Source of the DNA: an uncultured Candidatus Saccharibacteria bacterium
GTDB taxonomy: Bacteria; Patescibacteriota; Doudnabacteria; UBA920; 2-02-FULL-46-11
Assembly: GCA_964609765.1 (NCBI GenBank)
Contig: CAZSSD010000001.1
Span: 45,282 to 109,281, forward strand
DNA: 64,000 nt
Direction of reading: 5' to 3'
In this document: positions 1 to 9,300 of the stretch, in pieces
Numbering within the stretch: position 1 is the stretch's first letter
Layout of the letters: every line of letters starts with the position of its first letter
Program-made: the position numbers and the translations under genes
Notes under the pieces: model-generated
Database searches by the model: none
Told to the model about the DNA's origin: nothing
What the model saw: only the letters and a program-made list of their open reading frames with translations

Positions 1-2
1 AG

Positions 3-722
3 AGCGCCGATGAATTCGAAGATTATTATGACCATTTGGTAAATTTTTGGGTCTGTTTGAACTCGTTTATTTATGAAATAAGCGATAGTGAGACGATTGA
101 TAAAGGTATACGAAATTGGCTCGGTGATTTCCGCAAAAAAACGGAAAAGCACACTGAAAAATTAAGCTCACTTTTGACTGATTTTCTAAGAACTCAATCA
201 ACCCTTAAAGAATTGGTTCATTTTATTACTAAAGATGAAGCAGTGGCCTTACTTCATGGCAAGATGGGCGATGTAGATAGATTAGAAATAACAAATAGGG
301 GGAAAGGCTGCTTTATGTTCAATGGCACTATTTATTTGTTAGACCAACTTGATGATGTTCTTAGCGAGCACAATCTATCTTTGGAAAATTTTAGCGCTAA
401 CGCCACTGAAATAAAGGGAAGCTCCGCTTTTTCTGGAGTCGTAAAGGGAAATGTAAAAGTTGTAGAAGGGTTTAACGATTTAAATAAAATAACAGCGGGC
501 GACATTCTTGTCACACAAATGACCTCACCGAAATATTTAGGAATTATGACAAAGGTTGGCGGGATAGTTACTGACCAAGGAGGCACGCTTTGCCATGCCG
601 CTATTACCGCACGAGAATTAAAAATTCCCTGCGTTATTGGCACTAAAATCGCTACGCAAGTATTAAGAGACGGAGATTTGGTGGAAGTGGATGCGGATAG
701 GGGGATAGTGAGAAAATTATGA
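3..722 (+). CDS. PEP-utilising enzyme mobile (phospho-His swivel) domain protein, 5'-truncated by the window edge
   Basis: Frame is open from position 3. C-terminus has GDILVTQMT...TDQGGTLCHAAITARELKIPCVIGT...DGDLVEVDADRG, the His-swivel motif. Confidence 0.85.
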   Translation, partial: SADEFEDYYDHLVNFWVCLNSFIYEISDSETIDKGIRNWLGDFRKKTEKHTEKLSSLLTDFLRTQSTLKELVHFITKDEAVALLHGKMGDVDRLEITNRGKGCFMFNGTIYLLDQLDDVLSEHNLSLENFSANATEIKGSSAFSGVVKGNVKVVEGFNDLNKITAGDILVTQMTSPKYLGIMTKVGGIVTDQGGTLCHAAITARELKIPCVIGTKIATQVLRDGDLVEVDADRGIVRKL

Positions 723-778
723 AAAGAAGATAACGGATTAACTATTCTTAAATTCTTAAGAACATTGGAATAGGTAAG

Positions 779-1882
779 ATGATAGATGATAAATTAAAGT
801 ATCAAAGAATTTTTCACGTGCCGGGTTTACGGCTTTTTATTGATGATATCTGGATGGATCATTATAAAAAGCTTGACGCAATGGTCACTTACCTAAATAA
901 CGAATATACCAGTTATTTACCTATAAATGTGATAAAGCGAACCAATAAGACCGGTCTGAAGCTTCTGAAAAGCGAAATCCAATTTAGGGGCTTCGTTAAA
1001 AACTTCGAAAATAACATGAAGCGAGTTGATGCTGCGTATAACACTATACAGCCTAAAAATATTTTAAAGAAGGCAGAAGTAGAAAATTTTTTAAAGCCTG
1101 CAGCTCGATTATTTTATTTTTACTCCAAGACCGAATTTTTCTATACCGATCTTGCCTATAAAAGATTTACCGAGACCAAAAACCCAAAACTTCAGAAAAA
1201 TTTAAAAGCAATGGGTGTCTTAAAGGAGGATGCCCGAAAACATTTAAACAAAATTTTCTTCGGCCAAAACGCTTACCTCAATGTTTTATTAAGAAAAATT
1301 TCGAGCCAGTTTAACGTGGATTTAAACAATTTATTACAATACAAGCAAAAAGAAATATTGGGTTTATTTGAAGGAAAATTGGTAAGCAGAACAGAAATTG
1401 CAAAACGAAATAAAGCCATTCTTTTGGTAGGTAAAAAAGGGACGCTATTTATAGAAACAGGTGCAAAGGCCGAAGCGGTAATAAAGAAATTTATTAAACA
1501 TAGAGAAACTGCACGGAGTTCGAGAAAATTACATGGTGTTGGCGTTAGCAAAGGGCTCGCCAGGGGCAGAGCCCGAGTAATAGTTTCGGGGTATGATAAT
1601 TTTGATCAGTTGAGAAAAATTATTTCGAGTATGAGAAAAGGCGATGTATTGGTAGCAGAAACTACATCACCGGAGCTTGCCGGTGCTTGCAAAAAGGCGG
1701 CTGCAATAGTCACTAATCAGGGCGGTCTGCTTTCCCACGCCGCCATTATCTCAAGAGAATTAAAAATTCCCTGCGTGGTTAATACTCAAAACGCTACTAG
1801 TTTAATTAAGAATGGTGATTTAGTGGAAGTTGACGGCAGTCGGGGACTCGTTACAATTATAAAAAGAAAGGTAAAGAGATAA
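779..1882 (+). CDS. PEP-utilising enzyme mobile domain protein (367 aa)
   Basis: TNQGGLLSHAAIISRELKIPCVV motif at C-terminus; no ATP-grasp or PEP-binding barrel recognisable. Confidence 0.85.
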   Translation: MIDDKLKYQRIFHVPGLRLFIDDIWMDHYKKLDAMVTYLNNEYTSYLPINVIKRTNKTGLKLLKSEIQFRGFVKNFENNMKRVDAAYNTIQPKNILKKAEVENFLKPAARLFYFYSKTEFFYTDLAYKRFTETKNPKLQKNLKAMGVLKEDARKHLNKIFFGQNAYLNVLLRKISSQFNVDLNNLLQYKQKEILGLFEGKLVSRTEIAKRNKAILLVGKKGTLFIETGAKAEAVIKKFIKHRETARSSRKLHGVGVSKGLARGRARVIVSGYDNFDQLRKIISSMRKGDVLVAETTSPELAGACKKAAAIVTNQGGLLSHAAIISRELKIPCVVNTQNATSLIKNGDLVEVDGSRGLVTIIKRKVKR

Positions 1883-1887
1883 ATATT

Positions 1888-2778
1888 ATGCCCAAACGTG
1901 AAGGTACGCCCCGAGACCCACATGAAAACAATCAAGATGAATCCGCTAAAGAGCCGTCTGATATTAGCTTATTCAGGCATAGCCTCTCTTCTTACCGAAC
2001 ATATCGAGATATCGCTGGCTCGGAAAACCCTTTGCGAGCCCTCGATCCAGAAAATCAACTCGGTCCAGATTTAACGGAAAAAGGTGCAGAATTTGCGAGA
2101 GAAGAGGCAGAAAAGTTTTTTGACGCGCTTGATCCAAAGCAAGATATTTTATTTTTTGCCTCCAGTAACGAACTGCGCGCGATCGAAACGACCAATATAT
2201 ATCGACAAGTGGCACACCAACGCGGTTTTGAAGTTATTAAGGTTGCCAACCCAAGAAGCGGACATGCCCTGGAAATAGGTAATGGCGAAATAAGAGTTGT
2301 AAAAAACTTATCGCTATACCCGAGAAATAAAAGTAATGTTGTTATTGATAGCGTTTTAGGTCCGCCCCATCAAAGACCGCCAATTAATTGGGAGGCGATT
2401 GCTGACCCTGAACTAAAGGCAAGGTACGAGCAAGCCGCAGCGATAATTGCTGCTGATGATCGCGGCTCCTTTGGCGCTAACCTGTTGGCCCACAGCGAAA
2501 AGATCAAAAAATTATTTCCAGAATTATCCTCGGCCACTGATCTGTATAGGCAATTTAAAAATATTGTTCGGTTAGTGCGTTTTGGCATTGAGAAAGCGCG
2601 AGCATCAGGACTTAAGAAAAGAGTGAAAATATTGGCGTTTGGCCATGAAAACTATTTGCTGCCTGCGCTTGAGGAATTATTCCAAGAAGAGGAGATCAGG
2701 AATTGTGAAATTATTGATTTTTCATTGAGAGAAGATAGTATTATGGCGCGCTTCAGAGGCAAAGATAGGGAAATCTAA
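1888..2778 (+). CDS. Histidine phosphatase superfamily protein
   Basis: LFRHS (RHG-like), LTEKG, SSNELRAIET, LAFGHE and RNCEI motifs occur in the order typical of the PGM/SixA-like fold. Confidence 0.7.
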   Translation: MPKREGTPRDPHENNQDESAKEPSDISLFRHSLSSYRTYRDIAGSENPLRALDPENQLGPDLTEKGAEFAREEAEKFFDALDPKQDILFFASSNELRAIETTNIYRQVAHQRGFEVIKVANPRSGHALEIGNGEIRVVKNLSLYPRNKSNVVIDSVLGPPHQRPPINWEAIADPELKARYEQAAAIIAADDRGSFGANLLAHSEKIKKLFPELSSATDLYRQFKNIVRLVRFGIEKARASGLKKRVKILAFGHENYLLPALEELFQEEEIRNCEIIDFSLREDSIMARFRGKDREI

Positions 2779-2793
2779 TATGGATACGTATTT

Positions 2794-4209
2794 ATGAAAA
2801 AAACAGAGTATGTGTTTTTATGGGGAAATACGCAAAGCTGCTTTACTTTTGAAGGCAATACAAATTGCTTGGTTAGATTTCCGGACAATCCTTGGAATAA
2901 AGCGCTGGAGGCGATGATAACGGTTGTTAAAGATAACAAAGCATCTTGTTATGTTTCTCAAAAAAGCATAGATAACAATATTAAGTTAGGTAGGCAGTTT
3001 TTAGATGCGAGATACGTAAAAATATTTCTCCAAAATATTCACCGTGTTACGGTCCGACATGATCGACTATTTAAGGAGTTAGACAAACTTAATTATAGAA
3101 GCCTCGGTGACGAAGAACTGCTAAATTATTTTATAAAAATATTAAATCAATGGTCAGATACCATTGGCTATTTTCGCGGTACGCAAATGGAGGGCACCCA
3201 AGTATTAGCTAATAAAATTAATAAATTAGTCGGGCCCGAAGAAGCGGCTACGCTGATTTTGCCAACAGACCTGGATCCGGTAAACCGGGAAGAAAAAGAT
3301 TGGCGAAAGCTACTCAAAAGGCCATTTAGTAAAAAAAGTATTTTTAATCATCTGCAAAAATACCCATGGCTTGTTCCTTATCACGTTGCGCTTGATCAGG
3401 CTTACCGGACTATGCAAGACCGCTACAAGCAAGGTAGGGGAGTCTTTGAGAATCGGGATATCAGAAAGGAAAAGGCCGATCTTAAAAGAAAACAGGGCGC
3501 AATATTTAAACAGTACCCTAACGCGGAAAGGCTGGTGAAGCTTATGCAGCAATTGGCTCTGGCCAGGATAAATCTGAAATCCTATTGGGGTGGCACCGAC
3601 TTTTATTTAATGCCTTTGTACGCAGAAATGGCCAGGCGCAGCGGTGAGCCGATAGCTGATATCTTTAACTATTATTTGATTGAAGAATTGAAAGCATTGT
3701 TGAATAGAAGAAAGCTGACAAGGGAAGAAAAGCAAAATCGAAAAAGATGCTTTGTATTTTTATGGAAAAAAGGGAAAATTATTATACGCTCTGGTGATGC
3801 GGCTGAAAAATTATCTAAGAAAGAGTTGGGAAGCCTAACCGAAACGGGAAACGCAAATGAGCTTAAGGGCTTTTGCGCCAATCCGGGTAAAATTACTGGC
3901 GTTGTCAGAATTTTTGAGGCCAATAATTATAAAAAAGCAAATGCTTTGCGTAAATCATTTGGAAGCGGCGAAGTATTGGTAACTCAAATGACTCAGCCAA
4001 ATATAGTTGATATTGCCAAAAAAGCGGTGGCCATTATTACTGACGAGGGCGGTATGCTTTCCCATGCCGCTATTATCTCAAGGGAGTTTGGCATTCCATG
4101 TGTGGTGGGGACCCATATTGCTACGCAAGTCTTAAAAGACGGCGATTTGGTGGAAGTTGACGCTAATAAAGGATTGGTTAAAATTTTGAAGCGGAAAAAT
4201 GCCAATTGA
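2794..4209 (+). CDS. PEP-utilising enzyme mobile domain protein (471 aa)
   Basis: TDEGGMLSHAAIISREFGIPCVVGT at C-terminus; long helical N-terminal region. Confidence 0.85.
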   Translation: MKKTEYVFLWGNTQSCFTFEGNTNCLVRFPDNPWNKALEAMITVVKDNKASCYVSQKSIDNNIKLGRQFLDARYVKIFLQNIHRVTVRHDRLFKELDKLNYRSLGDEELLNYFIKILNQWSDTIGYFRGTQMEGTQVLANKINKLVGPEEAATLILPTDLDPVNREEKDWRKLLKRPFSKKSIFNHLQKYPWLVPYHVALDQAYRTMQDRYKQGRGVFENRDIRKEKADLKRKQGAIFKQYPNAERLVKLMQQLALARINLKSYWGGTDFYLMPLYAEMARRSGEPIADIFNYYLIEELKALLNRRKLTREEKQNRKRCFVFLWKKGKIIIRSGDAAEKLSKKELGSLTETGNANELKGFCANPGKITGVVRIFEANNYKKANALRKSFGSGEVLVTQMTQPNIVDIAKKAVAIITDEGGMLSHAAIISREFGIPCVVGTHIATQVLKDGDLVEVDANKGLVKILKRKNAN

Positions 4210-5704
4210 TTTTAAAAAATGGCAGTTTGAATTTACGCAGCGCAACAGCCACCCTATTTTAATGGCTGATTTTTGGACGCGCGCCATGTATCATTACTTC
4301 CCCGAGGAAATAAAGTTACCTTTGGGGGGCCGTGATTACATATATACTGGGAAAAACAGTGGTTATGTAAAGAAAAATCAAAAGCAGGAGCTCTTAAAGA
4401 TACTTAAAAACGCCGTTTCAAGAGAGCCATATTTGCATTATGTTTATAAAAAGACACTGGCTCGGGTGGCGCAATTCGAAAAAGTTGCCGATGATATTTC
4501 TAAACAACTAAATGGCCAAATAAGCCAGAAGGACATTTTAAATTTTTGGTTAAGATTTGATGATCATTTTTGTAAGTTAATTCCGTGGTTTTTTATACCC
4601 TATTACATTACCGAAGAAAATTTTTTAGTTGATAAAATCAAACAAAGGCTGGAAAACTACAAAAAAGAGGTTGAGGAAATAACAGATTTTAACAACGCCT
4701 TGGCCATACTCGTTCAGCCCAGAATAAAAATGTATTTTCAGCAAGAGCAATATGACTTTTATAAATTGGTATCATATGCTGAAAAGTATAAAAATTTTGA
4801 AAAAGACAGAAAATTTACTGAACTAGCCAATAAGTATTTAGTTAAATATGGCTGGACCAGTACGTATCTAGTTCTGCCCTTGGTGCCACTATCACTAAAA
4901 GTGTTAATTAAACGAGTTCACGCCGCTCTAAAAAATAAATTTACGCGCCAGTATTTACTGCAAAGACAAACCGCGGTTAAAAACAAAAGAGTGGCAGCGA
5001 AATTGTTAAAATTATTGGCGCGCGATAAAGGGCTCCTAAAAAACATCAACTGGGCGCAAAAATATGCTTGGCTACTCACAGCCAGCGTAGAACGATCCCT
5101 TATCGCCACTTTTAAGCTGCAGAATTTTTACAGATTGATCAGCCTAGCCGCCGGCATTAAATATGCCGATTGGATTCATCTAACGTCTGTCGAAATTAAA
5201 CAGGCTCTGGCCGGAAGCCTAAAGATTTCCATGCAGGAAATTGCTAAAAGAAAAAGCGGATATTTTTATATTTTTGAAAATGGCAAGCCAAGCTTGTACA
5301 CTGGCGCTAAGGCCAGAGCGCTAACTAAGCAACTTGAACGTGCTACTGCGGCATTGCCAACAAAAACAGATCAAATAGTCGGCCAACCGGCCTCCCCGGG
5401 CCAGGTTACTGGCAGGGTCAGGATTTGCCGATCAGCCGCCGAGGCGGCCAAATTGGGGCCCGGTGAGATATTGGTGGCTGTTATGACGACTCCGGACTAT
5501 GTACCGGCCATGAAACAGGCTGCGGCTATTGTAACAGACGAGGGCGGCCTTTTATCCCACGCCGCCATTGTATCTAGAGAACTAGGCAAGCCTTGTATAG
5601 TTGGGACAAAAATAGCAACTAGGTTGCTAAAATATGGCGATATGGTGGAAGTTGATGCCGGGAGCGGTATCGTAAAATTATTGGGTCATACCCTAAAACG
5701 TTAG
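4199..5704 (+). CDS. PEP-utilising enzyme mobile domain protein (501 aa)
   Basis: GEILVAVMTTPDY...TDEGGLLSHAAIVSRELGKPCIVGT; overlaps previous stop by 11 nt. Confidence 0.85.
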   Translation: MPIDFKKWQFEFTQRNSHPILMADFWTRAMYHYFPEEIKLPLGGRDYIYTGKNSGYVKKNQKQELLKILKNAVSREPYLHYVYKKTLARVAQFEKVADDISKQLNGQISQKDILNFWLRFDDHFCKLIPWFFIPYYITEENFLVDKIKQRLENYKKEVEEITDFNNALAILVQPRIKMYFQQEQYDFYKLVSYAEKYKNFEKDRKFTELANKYLVKYGWTSTYLVLPLVPLSLKVLIKRVHAALKNKFTRQYLLQRQTAVKNKRVAAKLLKLLARDKGLLKNINWAQKYAWLLTASVERSLIATFKLQNFYRLISLAAGIKYADWIHLTSVEIKQALAGSLKISMQEIAKRKSGYFYIFENGKPSLYTGAKARALTKQLERATAALPTKTDQIVGQPASPGQVTGRVRICRSAAEAAKLGPGEILVAVMTTPDYVPAMKQAAAIVTDEGGLLSHAAIVSRELGKPCIVGTKIATRLLKYGDMVEVDAGSGIVKLLGHTLKR

Positions 5705-5727
5705 AAAACGTGCTATTATAAAACCAT

Positions 5728-6798
5728 ATGCTTGTGACAATTTTAGCTTTCTTTTTAGTTTTATTAGTGCTGGTAATCGTCCATGAATGGGGGCATTTTT
5801 ATGCCGCCAAAAAGACCGGCATGGTTGTGGAAGAATTTGGCTTTGGTTTTCCGCCGCGAGCGGCTTCTATTAAGCACAAGGGCACGCGCTATTCGTTTAA
5901 CTGGCTGCCTTTGGGCGGATTTGTAAAAATTCAGGGTGAGAATGGCGATGACGATCGCACAGGATCTTTTAGCACAAAATCAATTCCAAAAAGGTTTATC
6001 GTGCTTGCTGCCGGCTGTATTATGAATTTGGTTTTGGCCTGGGTGCTATTAAGCATTTCTTTGGCCGCCGGCACGCCGCAGCCAATCGGTGAGGTTAATA
6101 AGGATGCGATAAGGGAAAACACCAGAGTAATCGTGGGTTTGGTAGGCGCCGGCTCACCAGCCGAAGCGGCCGGATTTAAATCTGGTGATGTGGTTTTGAA
6201 AATAAATAATATGCCTGTTTCTTCTTTCCAAGTTTTTCAGGAGCAGACCCGTGCCCATGCTGGTAAAAATGTAGAATATACGGTGCAGCGAGATGGCGAA
6301 ACTAAAACCTTAAATGCTGTCCCGCGTGAAAATCCACCGGCCGGGCAAGGCATGATAGGCGTGCAGCTATCCGAATGGGCAGAGGTGTCTTACCCCTGGT
6401 ATTCCTCGGCTTGGAAAGGTTTAGTTCTCACTTGGGATTTTTTGAAAATGACTTTGGACGGTTTTGGCCAACTTATTGGTCAATTATTCGGCGGACCAAA
6501 AGTGGCCGGTGAAGTGGCTGGACCAATTGGCATTGCCGTACTTACGGGGAAGTTTGCCAAGATGGGTATTGTCGCGTTGCTGCAATTTACAGCACTGCTT
6601 AGTATCAACCTCGCCATTATTAACGCTTTGCCGATCCCGGCTTTAGACGGTGGCAGAATTTTGTTCCTGTTGGTTGAGGGTATACGCGGCAAAAAGGTGC
6701 GGGCTAAGGTTGAGCAGTGGTCGCATGCCATTGGCTTTGCCCTGCTTTTGGCCTTGATGGTGGTGGTAACGATCAAAGATATACGCAATTTATTTTAA
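5728..6798 (+). CDS. rseP: RIP metalloprotease RseP (M50, PDZ)
   Basis: HEWGH zinc motif, FGFGFPP, PLGGFVKI, PDZ domain, NALPIPALDGGR. Confidence 0.95.
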   Translation: MLVTILAFFLVLLVLVIVHEWGHFYAAKKTGMVVEEFGFGFPPRAASIKHKGTRYSFNWLPLGGFVKIQGENGDDDRTGSFSTKSIPKRFIVLAAGCIMNLVLAWVLLSISLAAGTPQPIGEVNKDAIRENTRVIVGLVGAGSPAEAAGFKSGDVVLKINNMPVSSFQVFQEQTRAHAGKNVEYTVQRDGETKTLNAVPRENPPAGQGMIGVQLSEWAEVSYPWYSSAWKGLVLTWDFLKMTLDGFGQLIGQLFGGPKVAGEVAGPIGIAVLTGKFAKMGIVALLQFTALLSINLAIINALPIPALDGGRILFLLVEGIRGKKVRAKVEQWSHAIGFALLLALMVVVTIKDIRNLF

Positions 6799-6860
6799 CC
6801 TTCGAATTCGCAAATTGGGACGAATTCGCGAATATTTACGAATAAAAACTCGCTAAATCT

Positions 6861-6883
6861 AAAGCCGCCTAAGGGGCGGCTTT
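6861..6883 (+). terminator. Intrinsic terminator-like hairpin after rseP
   Basis: AAAGCCGCC-TAAGG-GGCGGCTTT. Confidence 0.6.
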
Positions 6884-6901
6884 AAGATGTGTGGATGACA
6901 C

Positions 6902-7692
6902 GACAACTGTTTTGGGTGTAGGATTTATTTATCAGCGCGAAGTTAGCGCTAAAGGACCGGGCCCGATAACGGGCTTGGAGGTAGGCACGAGTGCCAACGC
7001 TTAGGGTGTCCTGCCGCGAGTCTTCCGGCAGGCCAAGCGGCGACCGCGTGCCGAAGGTGTGAGAGCGGGGGAGCATGGCGCTAAACCGCCAAAGAAGTTT
7101 CCCCGGCAGCCAGTCTGGCCCTCCGGGCGGATTAGACACCCGCCAGCAGTCGGGGGTACACCAGCCACACCCGCCTGGACCTTAGCCCAGCTATTCTGGT
7201 GTTTGCACCAACCAAGGGCTTGCGTCTGCCTTGGCACCAGAAGAGAACCGTGCAGGCCGCCATCCCGCCGCAGGGGCTTTGACAAATACTGCGTAGCGGC
7301 TGCGCTGGAGAAGGTCCGAAGTGCTCAAGCAGTTGTTTTATATAAATGGCGGCTGACCACCCCACGGACAGATGCACGCATCTGATCCGCGAGGTAGGTC
7401 GCCGCCACCGGCTTGCCGCCAAATTCTGGGTTAGGTATTTTCCTCCCCGGGGAGACGCCGACATTCAGGGTTCGCGCAAGGGGCACCAGGAATCCCGCCG
7501 AGCGCACTTGCTTGGTCCTGGCGCTGGCAGCAAGTCGGGTCGTATTTCGAAGCAGGGCTAAGGAGGAAGGCTCGATGTTGTGAGCGAGCGGTGTGTTCGC
7601 GTGTCCAAGGTGCCCGGCGGGCATCACAAACTACGCGGACCCGTATACTCCTTAGCCCTGCTTCTATCGGAAGCAGGGCGATTTCTTTTTTT
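6902..7692 (+). ncRNA. Candidate large structured non-coding RNA (~790 nt), family unknown
   Basis: GC-rich with no credible ORF. Dense nested helices: GGACC 6954-58/GGTCC 7313-17; TTCTGGTG 7194-7201/CACCAGAA 7235-42; TGGCGGC 7347-53/GCCGCCA 7401-07; CCGGCTTGC/GCAAGTCGG. G:U pairs favour the + strand. Confidence 0.6.
7655..7692 (+). terminator. Intrinsic terminator closing the GC-rich island
   Basis: GCCCTGCTTC-TATCG-GAAGCAGGGC followed by GATTTCTTTTTTT. Confidence 0.7.
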
Positions 7693-7711
7693 AGGGCATT
7701 TTTGTTATAAT

Positions 7712-7799
7712 CCCAGTAGTAGAAATTCGATATTTCAACTTCCTTGCGGAATAAAAGGTAAGTTGAAATAGGAAAAAGAGATCGAATTTCACTACTGGG
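7712..7799 (+). repeat. Long bulged hairpin element (copy 1) in proS leader
   Basis: CCCAGTAGT-A-GAAATTCGAT-ATTTCAACTT...AAGTTGAAAT-[AGGAAAAAGAG bulge]-ATCGAATTTC-ACTACTGGG, directly after extended -10 TGTTATAAT (7703-7711). Confidence 0.6.
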
Positions 7800-7820
7800 T
7801 GTTTGTATTTTTAAGAAAGT

Positions 7821-9299
7821 ATGACAATGAAAAAAAACCTTACAAGCCGGGCGGACGATTATGCCGAGTGGTACCAGGATGTTATCGAAGCAGCGGATTT
7901 AGCCGAACACTCTCCGGTGCGCGGTTTTATGGTTATTAAGCCGTACGGTTACGGTATCTGGGAAAATATCCAAAAAGTTTTAGACGCAAAAATTAAGGAA
8001 ACGGGCCACGTAAATGCTTACTTCCCCTTGCTTATCCCAAAGTCTTTTATCGCGCGCGAGGCCGAGCATGTGGAGGGTTTTGCCAAGGAGAGCGCGGTGG
8101 TTACTCATCACCGTTTAGTCTCGGATCCAAAAGAAGGTTTGGTGGTAGATCCGGAAGCTAAACTTGATGAAGAATTAATCATCCGCCCGACTTCGGAGAC
8201 TATAATTTATTCAATGTTTAGCCGCTGGATTCAGTCTTGGCGGGATCTGCCGATGCTCATAAACCAGTGGGCGAACATAGTGCGTTGGGAAATGCGCACA
8301 AGGCTGTTCCTGCGCACATCTGAATTTTTATGGCAGGAGGGGCATACCGCCCACACTACTGAAGAAGAGGCGGAAGAGGAGGCGCTGAAAATGCTCGGCG
8401 TATATAAAGATTTGGCCGAAAATTATTTGGCCATTCCCGTAGTGTCTGGCCGCAAGAGCGAATCGGAAAAGTTTGCCGGAGCGCTCCGAACCTACACGAT
8501 CGAGGCTATGATGCAAGATGGCAAAGCGCTGCAAGCCGGCACTTCGCACAACCTGGGCCAGAATTTCGCCAAGCCGTTTGAAGTTAAATTTTTGGATAAA
8601 GATAACGAGCAAAAATATGTTTGGCAGACAAGCTGGGGGGTATCCACGCGTTTAATCGGGGCTTTAGTCATGGCCCATGGCGACAATTTGGGTCTGGTAT
8701 TACCGCCAAAGATGGCGCCTATAAAAATTGTGATTGTGCCGATTTGGAAGGATGACAGTGAAAAAGAAAAAGTGCTGGAACATGCTCAAGAATTGCGTGG
8801 ACGCCTGCAAGTGCTTGACGGTAACGTAAAAGTAGACGATCGAGATTATCTTACCCCCGGGGCTAAGTTTAATGAATGGGAAAAGAAGGGCGTGCCGATA
8901 AGGGTAGAAATAGGGCCAAAAGATATTGCCAATCATGAGGTGGTTATGGTGCGCCGCGATAAGGGCGAAAAAAAAGTAATTTCTATGCACAATTTAGTTG
9001 AGATTTTGGAAGATGAGTTGGATATTATGCAATCGGACTTGTTGAACCGCGCGCGTGAATTTATGGCTGAACATAGTTACGAAGTGGATGATTACGAAAA
9101 GTTTAAGTCCATTATTGAAGAAAAACCCGGATTTGTTTATGCCCATTGGTGCGGATCTGATCAATGTGAAAGAGAGATTAGCGATGAGACTAAAGCCACC
9201 ATCCGCTGCATCCCGCTTAGCCAAGCATCTGAACAAGGCAAGTGTATAAAGTGCGGCGCCGCGTCGGGCCAAAGAGTGGTGTTTGCAAAGGCTTACTAG
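7821..9299 (+). CDS. proS: Proline--tRNA ligase (archaeal/eukaryotic type)
   Basis: RPTSET, QWANIVRWE.RT..FLRT.EFLWQEGHT, QAGTSHNLGQNF, TSWGVSTR, C-terminal FAKAY. Confidence 0.97.
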   Translation: MTMKKNLTSRADDYAEWYQDVIEAADLAEHSPVRGFMVIKPYGYGIWENIQKVLDAKIKETGHVNAYFPLLIPKSFIAREAEHVEGFAKESAVVTHHRLVSDPKEGLVVDPEAKLDEELIIRPTSETIIYSMFSRWIQSWRDLPMLINQWANIVRWEMRTRLFLRTSEFLWQEGHTAHTTEEEAEEEALKMLGVYKDLAENYLAIPVVSGRKSESEKFAGALRTYTIEAMMQDGKALQAGTSHNLGQNFAKPFEVKFLDKDNEQKYVWQTSWGVSTRLIGALVMAHGDNLGLVLPPKMAPIKIVIVPIWKDDSEKEKVLEHAQELRGRLQVLDGNVKVDDRDYLTPGAKFNEWEKKGVPIRVEIGPKDIANHEVVMVRRDKGEKKVISMHNLVEILEDELDIMQSDLLNRAREFMAEHSYEVDDYEKFKSIIEEKPGFVYAHWCGSDQCEREISDETKATIRCIPLSQASEQGKCIKCGAASGQRVVFAKAY

Positions 9300-9300
9300 T

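Noticed and set aside
6940-7330. RNase P RNA (AAAGGACCGGGC, AGTGCCAAC, TAAACC resemble its conserved blocks)
   Set aside because: Lacks GAGGAAAGTCC and the 3' ACAGAACCCGGCTTA-type P4 partner. Not called, but a cmscan should formally exclude a divergent form.
6902-7692. T-box leader for proS or group II intron
   Set aside because: No GGTGGNACC T-box next to the terminator and no recognisable domain V hairpin. proS has its own extended -10.
6882-7771. Short ORFs in the ORF track on both strands (e.g. 7059-7385, 7346-7561)
   Set aside because: Arg/Pro/Gly-rich, mutually overlapping, no motif; expected by chance in GC-rich structured DNA.
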